64,000 nt of DNA. Origin: Chloroflexota bacterium (lineage in GTDB: Bacteria; Chloroflexota; UBA11872; VXNJ01). Positions 18,743-28,394 of this stretch are shown piece by piece. A program made the translations under genes and the position numbers. Position 1 is the first letter of the stretch; every line of letters starts with the position of its first letter. Under the pieces are notes generated by a model that worked only from the letters and a program-made list of their open reading frames with translations, did no database searches and was not told the origin of the DNA. The stretch lies in assembly GCA_963664795.2 (NCBI GenBank), contig CAXXYJ010000077.1:6727-70726 (forward strand), given 5' to 3'.

Positions 18743-19867
18743 TCAGGCCTCGCCGCACTCTGCCGCCAGGCCGCCGACCCGCGCGGCCGGCCCGCGCGGC
18801 CGGGCCCGCAGCCAGAGGTCCGCCCCGACCGGAGAGCTTTCCAGCAATTCCAACTCCGGCGGCAGGAAGCCATCCGGCAGTCCCTGGAGGGCTGCCGGCG
18901 AAGCCGGGTCCCCGACCAGCACCGGGCACACGAAAACTTCGATCTCGTTGATCAGTTCCGCGGCCAGGAAGGAACCGATCGTGGTCGGTCCGCCCTCCAG
19001 CAGGACCGAGTGGATCCCCATCGCCCCCAATCGCTCGAGCACCGCGGCCGGTTTGGCGCGTGGCGGATGCTGGAGGCGCCGCACCGTGCAGCCGCTCTCG
19101 GACAGGGCCGCGCACCGCTCCGCCGAAGCTGCCGGCCCCACGAAGCAGACCGTCCGGCCGGGCATGCCCAGCATCGCCGCATCGGCCGGCAGGCGGGCCC
19201 GCCCGTCCAGCACGACCCGCACCGGCGGGCGGCTGACCGATATCCCGGACCGCACCGTCAGCCGGGGGTCGTCGGCCAGGGCCGTGCCAGATCCGACCAC
19301 AATCGCGTCCACTTCGGCCCGCCGGCGGTGGACCAGGTCCAGCGACCGGGGCGAACTCAGGTAGCCGCGCCGTCCCCCCGGCGGGGCCACGCGCCCGTCC
19401 AGCGACATCGCCCACTTGGCGATCACCCACGGCCGGCCGGTCCGGCAGTGGTGCAGAAAACCCTTGAGCCCGTCGGTTGCGGCATCGCAGCCGGTGAGCC
19501 GTATCGCTTCGATGCCGGCGGCCAGGAGTTCTTCGGCTCCCCCGGCGGCGGCCGGATTGGGGTCGGGGCACGCGTAGTAGCAGCGCGCGATCCCGGCCGC
19601 GATGATCGCGTCGGTGCACGGGGGAGTCTGGCCGTGGTGGCCGCACGGCTCCAGGGTCGTGTAGAGATCGGCGCCGCGGGCCAGGGCGCCGGCCTGCTCG
19701 AGCGCCTGGGGCTCGGCATGCGGACCGTTCCCTGGCGCGGTGGCCGCCTGGCCGACTATCTGGCCGTCCCGGACCACCACCGCTCCGACCGCCGGGCGCG
19801 GGCTCGTGCGGCCGAGCCATTCGCGCCCGAAGGCGGCCGCGACGTACAGGAAATCTAGATGCCGCAA
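18743..19867 (-). CDS. ribD: Bifunctional pyrimidine deaminase / uracil reductase
   Basis: The real gene is the 3' 375 codons of ORF 18743..20602. TTG 19867 gives MRHLDFLYVAAAFGREWLGRTSPRPAVGAVVV. Deaminase motifs HAEPQAL and LEPCGHHGQTPPC; reductase part KWAMSLDGR. The start is a choice among in-frame candidates. Confidence 0.9.
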   Translation of the reverse strand: MRHLDFLYVAAAFGREWLGRTSPRPAVGAVVVRDGQIVGQAATAPGNGPHAEPQALEQAGALARGADLYTTLEPCGHHGQTPPCTDAIIAAGIARCYYACPDPNPAAAGGAEELLAAGIEAIRLTGCDAATDGLKGFLHHCRTGRPWVIAKWAMSLDGRVAPPGGRRGYLSSPRSLDLVHRRRAEVDAIVVGSGTALADDPRLTVRSGISVSRPPVRVVLDGRARLPADAAMLGMPGRTVCFVGPAASAERCAALSESGCTVRRLQHPPRAKPAAVLERLGAMGIHSVLLEGGPTTIGSFLAAELINEIEVFVCPVLVGDPASPAALQGLPDGFLPPELELLESSPVGADLWLRARPRGPAARVGGLAAECGEA

Positions 19868-20009
19868 GCGTTCTCGTCCCCGCGGTTGCAAGAGTTGTTG
19901 AACCGGCTTGGGGGCGCCCGCCCCGCCGCCGCCACATATCATCATCACAAAGTCGCCGCCGCGGCGTGTATCCGACCGGGGCGGCGGATCCCATCGGAAC
20001 CAGTCATCG

Positions 20010-20648
20010 ATGAATCCGACCCTTCCCCCGGTGCTCGGGATTACCGGCAACATCGCCACCGGCAAGTCGCTGGTTTCCGGCTGGCTGGCCGACCGTGGCG
20101 CCGCCGTGATCGACTCGGACCGGATCGTGCATGAACTGTACGGCCCCGACCACCCGGTGGCCAGACGGGTCGCGGACCGGTTCGGGCACGATCTGATCGG
20201 CCCCGGCGGGGTCGACCGCGCGAAATTGGGAGCGCTCGTGTTTGCGGACCCCGCGGCGCTCGCCGACCTGGAGGCGATCGTGCATCCGGCGGTGTTTGAG
20301 GCGGTCGGCGCGGCCATCGCCCGGGCCGCCCCGACGACGCCGCACGTCATCGAGGCGATAAAGCTGGTCGAAGGCCAGAACGCGCGCCGGCTGGACGCCC
20401 TCTGGGTGCTGGAGAGTCCGCGCGCCGAGCAGATCGAGCGCCTGCGGCGCAGCCGCAATCTCACCGCCGAGGAAGCCGGAACGCGAATCGACGCCCAGTC
20501 GCCGCCCGCCCGGAAGCTGGAGCTTTTCCGGAGCCGGCGGCCGGGAACACCGGCCCAGATCATCCCCAACCGCGGTTCGAAGGCGGAGCTGGAACGCGGC
20601 ATCGATCGCGAGTGGGAGCTTTTCCTGGCCTACTGCGCCGGACAGTAG
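20010..20648 (+). CDS. coaE: Dephospho-CoA kinase
   Basis: From internal ATG 20010: MNPTLPPVLGITGNIATGKSLV (P-loop) and IVHP motif. The upstream part of ORF 19908.. is Pro/Arg-rich junk. Confidence 0.9.
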   Translation: MNPTLPPVLGITGNIATGKSLVSGWLADRGAAVIDSDRIVHELYGPDHPVARRVADRFGHDLIGPGGVDRAKLGALVFADPAALADLEAIVHPAVFEAVGAAIARAAPTTPHVIEAIKLVEGQNARRLDALWVLESPRAEQIERLRRSRNLTAEEAGTRIDAQSPPARKLELFRSRRPGTPAQIIPNRGSKAELERGIDREWELFLAYCAGQ

Positions 20649-22129
20649 TCCTCCGCGGCAAGGTCGGACCGGGCCCGGCCGACCAGCGCCCGGGCGGCGG
20701 ATTCGGCGGCCAGGGCGTGATCGCCGACCACCAGGCTCACGCTACGGCCGTCGAGTTCCGCCAGCGCGGTCCGCTGCTCCAGCCGCCAGCTGAAACTTCC
20801 CGGCCCGGATTCGGACAACGACCCCGGGCGGGCGGCGTGGTCCAGCCGGTCGGCGGCGGCGAGTTCCCGCAGCCGGTCGTAGAAATCCTGCGCCGCCGCC
20901 GGCCCGTCGAATTCGGCCCGGTACATCAGGACCTCGGACTCCCCGTTGCCGATCAGCAGCAGATGGTCGTCGATCCAGCCGGCCGGCCCGCGCTCGCCCT
21001 GTTCGATCTGCCCGCCCAGCAGGACCCCCAGCACGAACTGGCCCAGACTGCCGGCGGCCAGCGATTGCCAGCAGGGCAGGGCGGCCGCCTCGAACTCGGC
21101 GGCCGAGCTGGAACGCCATTCCGATCGAAGTCCGAGCGGGGTGATCTGAGCGGTCGCCCGCGGCAGCTCCGAGGGTTCATATATTCCGTTCAGGCCGGTC
21201 AGCCCCGATCCCAGCAGGACGCCCAGGACGTACTCGGGTCCGGCCAGGTAGGGATAGACGAGCAGCTGCAGCACGAACTCGCCGGAGCGTCCCAGGTCCG
21301 GCGGGGGCGCCGGTTCCTCCGCCTGCAGGGCCAGCAGGTCGACCTGGTCGGCGACCGCCATGAAGCCGAAAACGCTGGCATCGCCTTCGATCAGCGCGCT
21401 CAGGGCCAGCTGGCGGTCAAAGTCCAGAAAAGGGACGTCCGAGCTGAGCGACTCGATATCGAAATTGGTCTGCTGGAGGGCGTGGACGTATTCGTGGGCC
21501 AGGGTCACGAGGGCCTGATCGGAGCCGCCTGCCCCGATTTCCTCCGGTTCGACCACGTAGAGCTCGTCCTCATCGGCCAGGTAGAACCCGATGACCTGGT
21601 TCGGCACGAGCGCCAGGTAGATCTCGTCCAGGCCCTGGCCCTCGGCCAGCACGCCGAGCAGCTGCAGCGCCCGATCGCGTCGCCACACATCTTCGGGGTC
21701 CTGTTCCTCGAGCGCGGCCGCGATCTCGGCGGCGGCCTCGTCGGGGCTGACGATCATTGGTTCGAGGAACCGGCGCTCAAGCCCGCGGGCGCTTTCGGCC
21801 GCCGCGGCCGCGCGCCGGGCGTTTTCCCTTACGAATTGATCAAATTCCGCCTGGCCGGCTTCGGGCGGTGGATCGGCCGGGAGCGGCGCCGGGGCGGGGG
21901 GTTCGGGCGGCGGCGGCGGCGATTCGGCCGCTGCCGGTTCGCGCGCCCGGCTAAAGGTCTCGGGCAGGGGCGCGGTCGGTGCGGTCGGAGGCGCGTTGGC
22001 GGCATCCTGCGCACCCGACGCTCGTTCGCAGGCCCCGACGGCCAAGCCGCAAATCAGCACCAGGGTCAGGACTACGGCCCGGGGAACCCCGGACGGGCGC
22101 GACCCATGGCTAGGGGAGATGGTCAGCAT
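20630..22129 (-). CDS. Putative secreted lipoprotein zinc metalloprotease (HExxH)
   Basis: 499 aa. Lipobox LVLICGLAVGAC, Pro/Ala-rich linker, VTLAHEYVHALQ motif. Family not recognised. The 3' end overlaps coaE by 19 nt, convergently. Confidence 0.6.
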   Translation of the reverse strand: MLTISPSHGSRPSGVPRAVVLTLVLICGLAVGACERASGAQDAANAPPTAPTAPLPETFSRAREPAAAESPPPPPEPPAPAPLPADPPPEAGQAEFDQFVRENARRAAAAAESARGLERRFLEPMIVSPDEAAAEIAAALEEQDPEDVWRRDRALQLLGVLAEGQGLDEIYLALVPNQVIGFYLADEDELYVVEPEEIGAGGSDQALVTLAHEYVHALQQTNFDIESLSSDVPFLDFDRQLALSALIEGDASVFGFMAVADQVDLLALQAEEPAPPPDLGRSGEFVLQLLVYPYLAGPEYVLGVLLGSGLTGLNGIYEPSELPRATAQITPLGLRSEWRSSSAAEFEAAALPCWQSLAAGSLGQFVLGVLLGGQIEQGERGPAGWIDDHLLLIGNGESEVLMYRAEFDGPAAAQDFYDRLRELAAADRLDHAARPGSLSESGPGSFSWRLEQRTALAELDGRSVSLVVGDHALAAESAARALVGRARSDLAAEDYCPAQ

Positions 22130-22222
22130 CCGCCGGGATTATCGTTATTCGACGGGGTCGCGCGCGGCGCGATTCTTCAACGATCAGGGGACTTCCGGCC
22201 CCAATTGCCGGTGATTGGGAAC

Positions 22223-22903
22223 ATGGCATTCAGCGACGCATTCGCTCGATCAAGCCGGGTCGGCGGGGATTCCGACCCGGAACTGCTGGCTGCCTGCAAA
22301 CGCCTGGCCGACCGCGGCTGGGGCGAACTGATTCCGGAAATCGTGCGTGCGGCGCCTCCGGCCGCGGCCCAGCACCGGCGGGCGGCCGGGATCGTGAACG
22401 CGTTCCTGGCGGCCGACCACCTCTTGCGCGACCCGGCCTCCCCCGACGACCCCGAACTGGCCAGGAGCCGGGTTGCCGGGGCCCTGGTCCTGATCGGGCA
22501 GTGCTTTGATGAACTCGGCGGCTGGGTGTCGATGGTTCTGGAGCGCTCGGGGAGGCATCGCAACGAACCGATCGGCTCCAGCAAATTCGTTGCGCGCCTG
22601 CGACTGCTGGACCCCGACGCGGCCGAGAAAGTCACGGCTTTGGCCGGCTGGGTCGCAACCGTCCGGCTCACTACCGCGGCGCTGATGCAGCAGCAGGAGA
22701 AAACGCTTCAAATCGACGCCGACGGGGTCCGGCTGCAGATTCCGCGCGCCGCCGGCGACCGGGGCGGCGACCGCCCGGTTTCCGAGGTCGGACCCGAGTG
22801 GGTCGCGCACCTGGCCGAACTCATCGGCGCGGTGTTCGCCTGCGGCGCGGCCCGCCTGGAAAATCCCCGCGAACGCACCGGCTCGGACTTCGACTGGGAC
22901 TGA
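22223..22903 (+). CDS. Hypothetical protein
   Basis: 226 codons from ATG 22223 at the 3' end of spurious ORF 20612..22903. Protein-like composition, no recognised motif. Confidence 0.45.
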   Translation: MAFSDAFARSSRVGGDSDPELLAACKRLADRGWGELIPEIVRAAPPAAAQHRRAAGIVNAFLAADHLLRDPASPDDPELARSRVAGALVLIGQCFDELGGWVSMVLERSGRHRNEPIGSSKFVARLRLLDPDAAEKVTALAGWVATVRLTTAALMQQQEKTLQIDADGVRLQIPRAAGDRGGDRPVSEVGPEWVAHLAELIGAVFACGAARLENPRERTGSDFDWD

Positions 22904-22985
22904 GCGGGGCCGCCAAATCCCTTAAAATCCGCTTTGCGTCGCCCAGTTTCCACCCCCGACGCCCCAGCGTACGCCTGCGAGCGCC

Positions 22986-23339
22986 ATGTCCACGATCATC
23001 GCTGAAATCGACCGCCAATTCCTGCGCGACGACCTCCCGGATTTCGGGGTCGGCGACACCGTCCGGGTGCACAGCCGGGTCCGCGAAGGACAGCGCGAAC
23101 GCATCCAGGCGTTCGAGGGCGTGGTCATCAAGCGGCGCGGCGGCGGCCTGCAGGAGACCTTCACCGTTCGCCGCATCTCCCATGCCGGGGTCGGAGTAGA
23201 GCGCTGCTTCCACGTGCACTCGCCGGTGATCGACCACATCGACGTGGTAAGGCGCGGGCGGGTCCGCCGGGCCAAGCTCTACTACCTGCGCGACCGCAAG
23301 GGTCGGGCTGCCCGCGTTCGCGAACCCTCGCGGCGCTGA
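22986..23339 (+). CDS. rplS: 50S ribosomal protein L19
   Basis: [53 protein letters not shown]. Confidence 0.97.
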   Translation: MSTIIAEIDRQFLRDDLPDFGVGDTVRVHSRVREGQRERIQAFEGVVIKRRGGGLQETFTVRRISHAGVGVERCFHVHSPVIDHIDVVRRGRVRRAKLYYLRDRKGRAARVREPSRR

Positions 23340-23448
23340 CGCCCGGGGCGGCCGACCGGGAATCCCAAGCGGCGCCGGCCCGGCGCAACCAGCCGGTCCG
23401 ACTCCATCCGGAGACCCGAAACTGACCGGCGCCCGACTGAATCCGGCG

Positions 23449-24066
23449 TTGGAGCTGGACCTGCTTTCGTCCGGAATCGACCTGGTCGCCGGCGTCGACG
23501 AGGTCGGCCGTGGCGCCCTGGCGGGGCCGATCTGCGCCGGAGCCGTCCTGCTGGACCGGAGCCTGCTCTTTAACCGCGACCGGCTGGCCGGGGTGCGAGA
23601 TTCCAAGCAGGTGCCGGCCGGCCTGCGGCCGGAACTGAGCGACCGGGTCTGGCGGCTGGCGCCGGGAGTGGCGCTGGGCTGGGCCGAAGCCGGCGACATC
23701 GATCGCCTGGGGGTGGTCGCGGCGACTCGCAAGGCGATGCTAGCCGCGCTGGCGCAACTGCGCCCGCGCCCGCAGGCGTTGATCAGCGACGCGGTGACCC
23801 TCAACGGTCCCGCCGTGCCGGACCGGTTCATCGCCATTCCGCGCGCCGACAGCACCTGCCTCAGCGTGGCGGCCGCGTCCATCTGCGCCAAGGTTGCGCG
23901 CGACGCCCACATGCGGCGCCTGGCCGGCAGGTTCGACGTTTACGGATTCGAATCCAACGTCGGCTACGGCACCCGCGGCCACCTGCGGGCGATCGACGCC
24001 CACGGACCCAGCGGCGAGCACCGGCTCTCGTTCGCGCCCTGCCAGCGCCGGCTGGCGCTGGGGTAG
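23449..24066 (+). CDS. rnhB: Ribonuclease HII
   Basis: TTG start. VAGVDEVGRGALAGPICAGAVLL, RDSKQV, AASICAKVARD. Confidence 0.92.
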   Translation: MELDLLSSGIDLVAGVDEVGRGALAGPICAGAVLLDRSLLFNRDRLAGVRDSKQVPAGLRPELSDRVWRLAPGVALGWAEAGDIDRLGVVAATRKAMLAALAQLRPRPQALISDAVTLNGPAVPDRFIAIPRADSTCLSVAAASICAKVARDAHMRRLAGRFDVYGFESNVGYGTRGHLRAIDAHGPSGEHRLSFAPCQRRLALG

Positions 24067-24072
24067 GCAGGA

Positions 24073-24690
24073 TTGGGGATGAACGAAGTCGCGCATCTTC
24101 TCGGCCAGCTGACCGACTGGATCCTGAGCTGGGGGCAGTCTCCGTTCGGCTGGGTGGCGCTCTTCCTGGTCGCGTTCTGGGATTCGAGCATCCTGCCGGT
24201 CCCGCCCGACGGCCTGATGATGGTGCTGATCCTCTCCGACCCGCTGTTTGCGGTCCCGCTGGCGGCGCTGGCGACGGTCGGATCGCTGCTGGGGGCCTGG
24301 CTCGGGTACTGGATCGGCCTGGTCGGCGGGCGACCGCTGGTGTACCGGATAGTCCCCGAGCCCCAGATCCGCTACGTCGAGCGCAAGTACCGCGAGAACG
24401 ACACCCTCGCGCTGCTGCTGGCCTGCTTTACCCCGCTGCCCTACAAGGCGTTCGCGATCGGCGCCGGCGTCTGCCAGATCAACTTCAAGCGATTCATGCT
24501 CATCTCGCTGGTGGGCCGGGCCGGCCGGTTCCTGGCGGTGGCGCTGGCGTTGATGCTGCTCGGCGAGCGGGTGCGCGGCCTGGTCGAGGACTACACCGGG
24601 CCGGTGGCGGTCGGTTTCGTGGCGGTGGTGGCGGTGGCAATCTTCGCGCTGGGCTGGTACAACGCCAGGATCGCCGGGCGCGAGAGCTGA
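24073..24690 (+). CDS. DedA/YqaA-family (SNARE-associated) membrane protein
   Basis: 205 aa. FLVAFWDSSILPVPPD, CFTPLPYKAFAIGAGV, four or five TM segments. Confidence 0.8.
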   Translation: MGMNEVAHLLGQLTDWILSWGQSPFGWVALFLVAFWDSSILPVPPDGLMMVLILSDPLFAVPLAALATVGSLLGAWLGYWIGLVGGRPLVYRIVPEPQIRYVERKYRENDTLALLLACFTPLPYKAFAIGAGVCQINFKRFMLISLVGRAGRFLAVALALMLLGERVRGLVEDYTGPVAVGFVAVVAVAIFALGWYNARIAGRES

Positions 24691-24723
24691 CCGGGCGTGG
24701 ACGGGTCCTGCCCCGCCCGCCGA

Positions 24724-25803
24724 TCAGAGCATCGGCAGCGGTTCGACCCGTTCGAGGTTCTTGACCGAAATCGCGGCCGCCACCTTGGAGCTGATCGCCT
24801 TGTAGTTGGCGACCACCTGGTCTGACCCGAACAGCGCCGCAGGCCGGCCTTCGTCGCCGCCGCGGCGGACGGCCTCGTCCAGCGGCAGCTCGCCGAAGAA
24901 GGGGATTTCGAGGTGCTCGGCGGCGCGCCGGGCGCCCCCGTGACCGAAGATCTCGATCCTAGATCCGTCGACCGGGTTTTCGAACCAGGACATGTTCTCG
25001 ATCAGCCCCAATACGTCCACGCTGAGGCGTTCGAACATCGAGATCGCGCGCCTGACGTCCTGCAGGGCTACGGCCTGCGGGGTCGAAACGATTACCGCGC
25101 CGGTCAGCGGGATAAGCTGCGCCAGCGAGAGCGACGCGTCGCCGGTTCCGGGCGGCAGGTCGACGATCATGTAGTCGAGTTCGCCCCAGTCGACGTCGCC
25201 GATCAGCTGCTTGAGGGCGCCCGCGATCATGGGTCCGCGCCAGATGACGGGGGTGTCTTCCTCGAGCATGAAGCCCAGCGACATCAGCTTGACGCCGTAG
25301 GACTCGATCGCCTGGATCTTGCCGCCGGTGGCGGTCGGGGACGCGCTGCTGCCCATCATCAGCGGGATGTTGGGACCGTAGACGTCGGCGTCGAGCAGCC
25401 CGACGGTGGCGCCCTGGCGGCGCAGGGACACCGCGAGGTTCACCGAGGTCGTGCTCTTGCCGACCCCGCCCTTGCCGGAGGCGACCGCGATCGCGTTCTT
25501 GACCCCGGGCAGGGAGGCCGACGGAGAGGAACTGCGCGAGCCAACTTCGGCCGTCATTTCGATGTCGGCGTTGGCCACCCAACCCAGCGTCGCCAGGCCG
25601 GCGCGAACGCGGCTGTCGATCTCCCCGCGCAGGGGGCAGGCCGGCGTCGTCAGGACCACCGTGAGCGATACGTCGTCGCCGGCTACCTTCACGTCGCGGA
25701 CCATGTTCAGGGTGACCAGGTCCTTGTGGATCTCGGGGTCGTACACCCCGCGCATGGCATCGATCACCTGGTCGATTCGGTCTTGATTGGCGTCGGCGGG
25801 CAC
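24724..25803 (-). CDS. apbC: Mrp/ApbC/NBP35 Fe-S cluster carrier ATPase with N-terminal MIP18/DUF59 domain
   Basis: VYDPEIHKDLVTLNMV (DUF59), deviant Walker A AVASGKGGVGKSTTSVNLA, IVDLPPGTGD. Confidence 0.93.
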   Translation of the reverse strand: MPADANQDRIDQVIDAMRGVYDPEIHKDLVTLNMVRDVKVAGDDVSLTVVLTTPACPLRGEIDSRVRAGLATLGWVANADIEMTAEVGSRSSSPSASLPGVKNAIAVASGKGGVGKSTTSVNLAVSLRRQGATVGLLDADVYGPNIPLMMGSSASPTATGGKIQAIESYGVKLMSLGFMLEEDTPVIWRGPMIAGALKQLIGDVDWGELDYMIVDLPPGTGDASLSLAQLIPLTGAVIVSTPQAVALQDVRRAISMFERLSVDVLGLIENMSWFENPVDGSRIEIFGHGGARRAAEHLEIPFFGELPLDEAVRRGGDEGRPAALFGSDQVVANYKAISSKVAAAISVKNLERVEPLPML

Positions 25804-25895
25804 GGTTACAACTCGGGATTTATGAGGTTTTGGCGGTTGGTTTCGATTTTATTGGGTGTCAGGTCCATCGGGGCGGACTCGGCAATCCCGCTTCC

Positions 25896-26675
25896 TCAGC
25901 GGCCGGCAAAAATTTCGTCGACGCTGCCGCTGTGGTGTCGGCGGCGCAGTCCTTCGGCCTCAAGTTCGACCGAACCGTCCAGGCCGAGATCGACCACCAC
26001 GCCGGTGTGGGACCGGCCGGCGTCGAGCAGGCGAATCCTGCGGCCCAGCAGGATCGACAGCTCCACCCAGCGGCGGTGCTGTTGCCGCCTGCCCGCCGGC
26101 AGGTCCGCCAGGTTGGCGTGCAGGCCGGTAATCACCTCGGCCGCCACCGCGGTGCGGTCGACCGGGTGTCCGAGCTGGCGGCGGACCGATGTCGCCGGGT
26201 AGGAAAGTCCGGGCAGGTCGCCCGGGTCGTTGTTCAGGTTTGCCCCGATCCCTATCACCCAGCCGCCGCCGGCCGACTCGATCAGGATTCCGCCGGCCTT
26301 GCGGCCCGAAAGCATCACGTCATTGGGCCACTTGATTCCGACGTCGGTGCAGCCGAAGCGGGCAAGCGCCCGGCCCAGGGCCAGGCAGGCGCTCCGAACC
26401 AGGTCGGCCGGCTCCAGCCGGGATCCGGGTAGGGCGTAACTCAGCGCCAGTCCCTCGGCGTAGGGGGAGTGCCAGCGGTTCCCGCCCCGCCCCCGCCCCG
26501 CGCTCTGGCCGTCGGCGACTATTGCGCGCGCGGCGCCGAGCCCTTCCTCCAGCAGCGTCCGGGCGCGGTTGTTGGTCGAATCCGTCCGGTCGTGGAATTG
26601 AACCCCGATCGGCAGATCGGCCAGGAGCGCCTCGAGCCTTGCCGGGTCGGTCCGGTCCCGGTCTCCGGCCGCCAA
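25896..26675 (-). CDS. birA: Biotin--[acetyl-CoA-carboxylase] ligase (class I, no HTH)
   Basis: GQSAGRGRGGNRWHSP, GIKWPNDVMLSGRKAGGILIE. Confidence 0.9.
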   Translation of the reverse strand: MAAGDRDRTDPARLEALLADLPIGVQFHDRTDSTNNRARTLLEEGLGAARAIVADGQSAGRGRGGNRWHSPYAEGLALSYALPGSRLEPADLVRSACLALGRALARFGCTDVGIKWPNDVMLSGRKAGGILIESAGGGWVIGIGANLNNDPGDLPGLSYPATSVRRQLGHPVDRTAVAAEVITGLHANLADLPAGRRQQHRRWVELSILLGRRIRLLDAGRSHTGVVVDLGLDGSVELEAEGLRRRHHSGSVDEIFAGR

Positions 26676-26682
26676 TTTCGCT

Positions 26683-27369
26683 CTAGCGGTAGGCCCAGAT
26701 CTTGCGCAGGTCCTCGGTGGTCATGCCCGGCTTGAACTTGGCCAGCATCTCACCCTCGCGCTCGCGCACGTCCTCGACCGCGCCGGGCAACTGGTCGGCG
26801 ATTTCGTGAGGGATCTTGGTGACCCCGTTGCGGTCGCCGTGGAGGATGTCGCCGGGATTGATCCAGCAACCCGAGATCTGGACCGGTTCGTTCACCGCCA
26901 CGGTGGCCATCTGGCCGTGCGAGACGCACGTACCGGCGGCGAAGAACTGAACTCCCCCGATTTCGGCGATTTCGGCCAGATCGCGAATCACGCCGTCGGT
27001 GATCACGCCGATCGCGCCGAACGATTTGACGGCGGTCGTGTAGACCTCGCCCCACTGCGAGGCCCGGCCCGGGCTGTCGGAAACGTCCTTGAAAACGCAG
27101 ATCGCCGGTTTGGGCGCGGCTTCGAGCGCTTCGAAGAATTTGAGCCGCATATCGATGCGCTGATCGCCGTCATCGGCGATGCTGCGGACGGTGCAGGTTA
27201 CGGCGTAGCCGCAGATCGGGTCCATTTCCGGGAAATAGCAGCCGATTTCCGGGCCCAGGTAGCCCTCGTGGCGCCCGCGGACCTTGAACGGCTCGATCGC
27301 GTTGCAGATCGTCGGGCTGTCGATCGCGGCCAGCTTCTCGATCAGTTCGGCCGGCAACTCCTGGGTCAT
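26683..27369 (-). CDS. RraA-family protein (RNase E regulator / HMG-aldolase-like)
   Basis: 228 aa. AIGVITDGVIRDLAEI and GDILHGDRNGVTKIP blocks typical of the RraA fold. Confidence 0.75.
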   Translation of the reverse strand: MTQELPAELIEKLAAIDSPTICNAIEPFKVRGRHEGYLGPEIGCYFPEMDPICGYAVTCTVRSIADDGDQRIDMRLKFFEALEAAPKPAICVFKDVSDSPGRASQWGEVYTTAVKSFGAIGVITDGVIRDLAEIAEIGGVQFFAAGTCVSHGQMATVAVNEPVQISGCWINPGDILHGDRNGVTKIPHEIADQLPGAVEDVREREGEMLAKFKPGMTTEDLRKIWAYR

Positions 27370-27500
27370 GTTCGCTCCGATTCCTCAATCGTTCTTGGGG
27401 CCAGTGGGTGCGCTCTGTCGATCGCGCCCGACTTATTTTGCGTTTGCGTTGGCCGTCGTCGGACAACCCGGCGCCATACGTCGGCCGGGGCCGAAACCGG

Positions 27501-28385
27501 CTACCAGTAGTCCTCGGTGATCACCTGCGCGCCGCGGCCAGAAAGCTGGTAGCCGAGCGGCCCCAGGGCTTCCTTGAGGTCCGAGATCATGTCCGGGTTC
27601 CCACAGAGGTAAAAGGCGCTGCGGCCCGGCCCCATTCGGTCCTTGAGACCTTCGCCCAAGCCGTCGGGGAGCTGGGGCTCGACCCGGCCGCTGGGCGGGC
27701 TGTCCAGGAGCAGGCGCAGGATGTCGTTGGCCCGTCCGCGCGCCAGCGAGGGGTCGAAACCCGGGTCCGAATCGGGCCGCGAGACGGTCGGGATGTAGGT
27801 AAGGCCCAGTTCGGGCACCGCCGCCAACTCCTCGAGTTCGGCCCGATAGCCAAGTTCGCGGGCGTAGCTGACGCCGTGGATAACGGTCAGGCGGCGCTCC
27901 GGGACGATGCCGTCGTCCAGTTCCGACCGGGCCTGGCGGGCCATCGCCACGTAGGGGGCAAGCCCGGTCCCGGTGGCCACGCAGATAACCTCGGACTCGC
28001 TGGTGCGATCAAGGTCGAAGCGCCCGGCCGGGCCCATGAACAACATGGTGTCGCCGATATTGCGGTGCTGCCAGAGGGTGCCGGTGAAGTAGCCCAGGCT
28101 CTTCCCGTCCGCGCCGCCGTCGCGCACCAGCACGACGTAGAACTCAAGTTCCGAGCGGTCGTGCGGGGCCGAGGCGATCGATAGCTGGCGCGGGCGCGGA
28201 TCGCCGTCCGGCTGGTCCCAGAACGCCAGCTGGGCGTACTGGCCGGCCCGGAACTGGAAGAACGGCTCGCCGTCGGTGCGGGCGATCCGGAATATCGCCA
28301 GGTCTTCGTTGCCTACCTCCTCCCAGCTGGTCAGGGCGGCTTCCTGCATCCGTTCGCGCAGGTCGCGTCGGGCGCGCGCGGCCAA
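27501..28385 (-). CDS. fpr: Ferredoxin/flavodoxin--NADP+ reductase (bacterial Fpr type)
   Basis: FRAGQYAQLAF, RQLSIASAP (RxYS-like FAD site), MGPAGRF, CVATGTGLAPY, LCGNPDMI, C-terminal ...EDYW. Confidence 0.85.
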   Translation of the reverse strand: MAARARRDLRERMQEAALTSWEEVGNEDLAIFRIARTDGEPFFQFRAGQYAQLAFWDQPDGDPRPRQLSIASAPHDRSELEFYVVLVRDGGADGKSLGYFTGTLWQHRNIGDTMLFMGPAGRFDLDRTSESEVICVATGTGLAPYVAMARQARSELDDGIVPERRLTVIHGVSYARELGYRAELEELAAVPELGLTYIPTVSRPDSDPGFDPSLARGRANDILRLLLDSPPSGRVEPQLPDGLGEGLKDRMGPGRSAFYLCGNPDMISDLKEALGPLGYQLSGRGAQVITEDYW

Positions 28386-28394
28386 TCCGGCCCC

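Noticed and set aside
19868-20009. FMN (RFN) riboswitch expected upstream of ribD in the 142-nt ribD/coaE divergent region
   Set aside because: Read on the ribD strand, the region lacks the conserved RFN cores (GGGCAGGGTGAAATTCCC...CCGGCGGT, AGCCCGCGAGC, CCGACAGT..AGTCTGGATG). It contains only a GC hairpin (CCGCCGC and GCGGCGG separated by 18 nt). Absence should be confirmed with cmsearch RF00050.
20612-22222. Very long ORFs opposite or overlapping real genes: 20612..22903 (+), 12757..14778 (+), 29825..31417 (-), 37174..38523 (-), 18206..19858 (+), 16914..18284 (+), 54831..56378 (-), 61277..62527 (-), 63008..63568 (-) and many others
   Set aside because: Arg/Pro/Gly/Ala-rich, motif-free translations are typical of stop-poor alternative frames in high-G+C DNA. 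In each case the other strand or frame carries a strongly recognisable protein. Only the 3' ends of 20612..22903, 12757..14778, 36714..37472, 47064..47825, 18743..20602 and 55841..57313 hold real genes.
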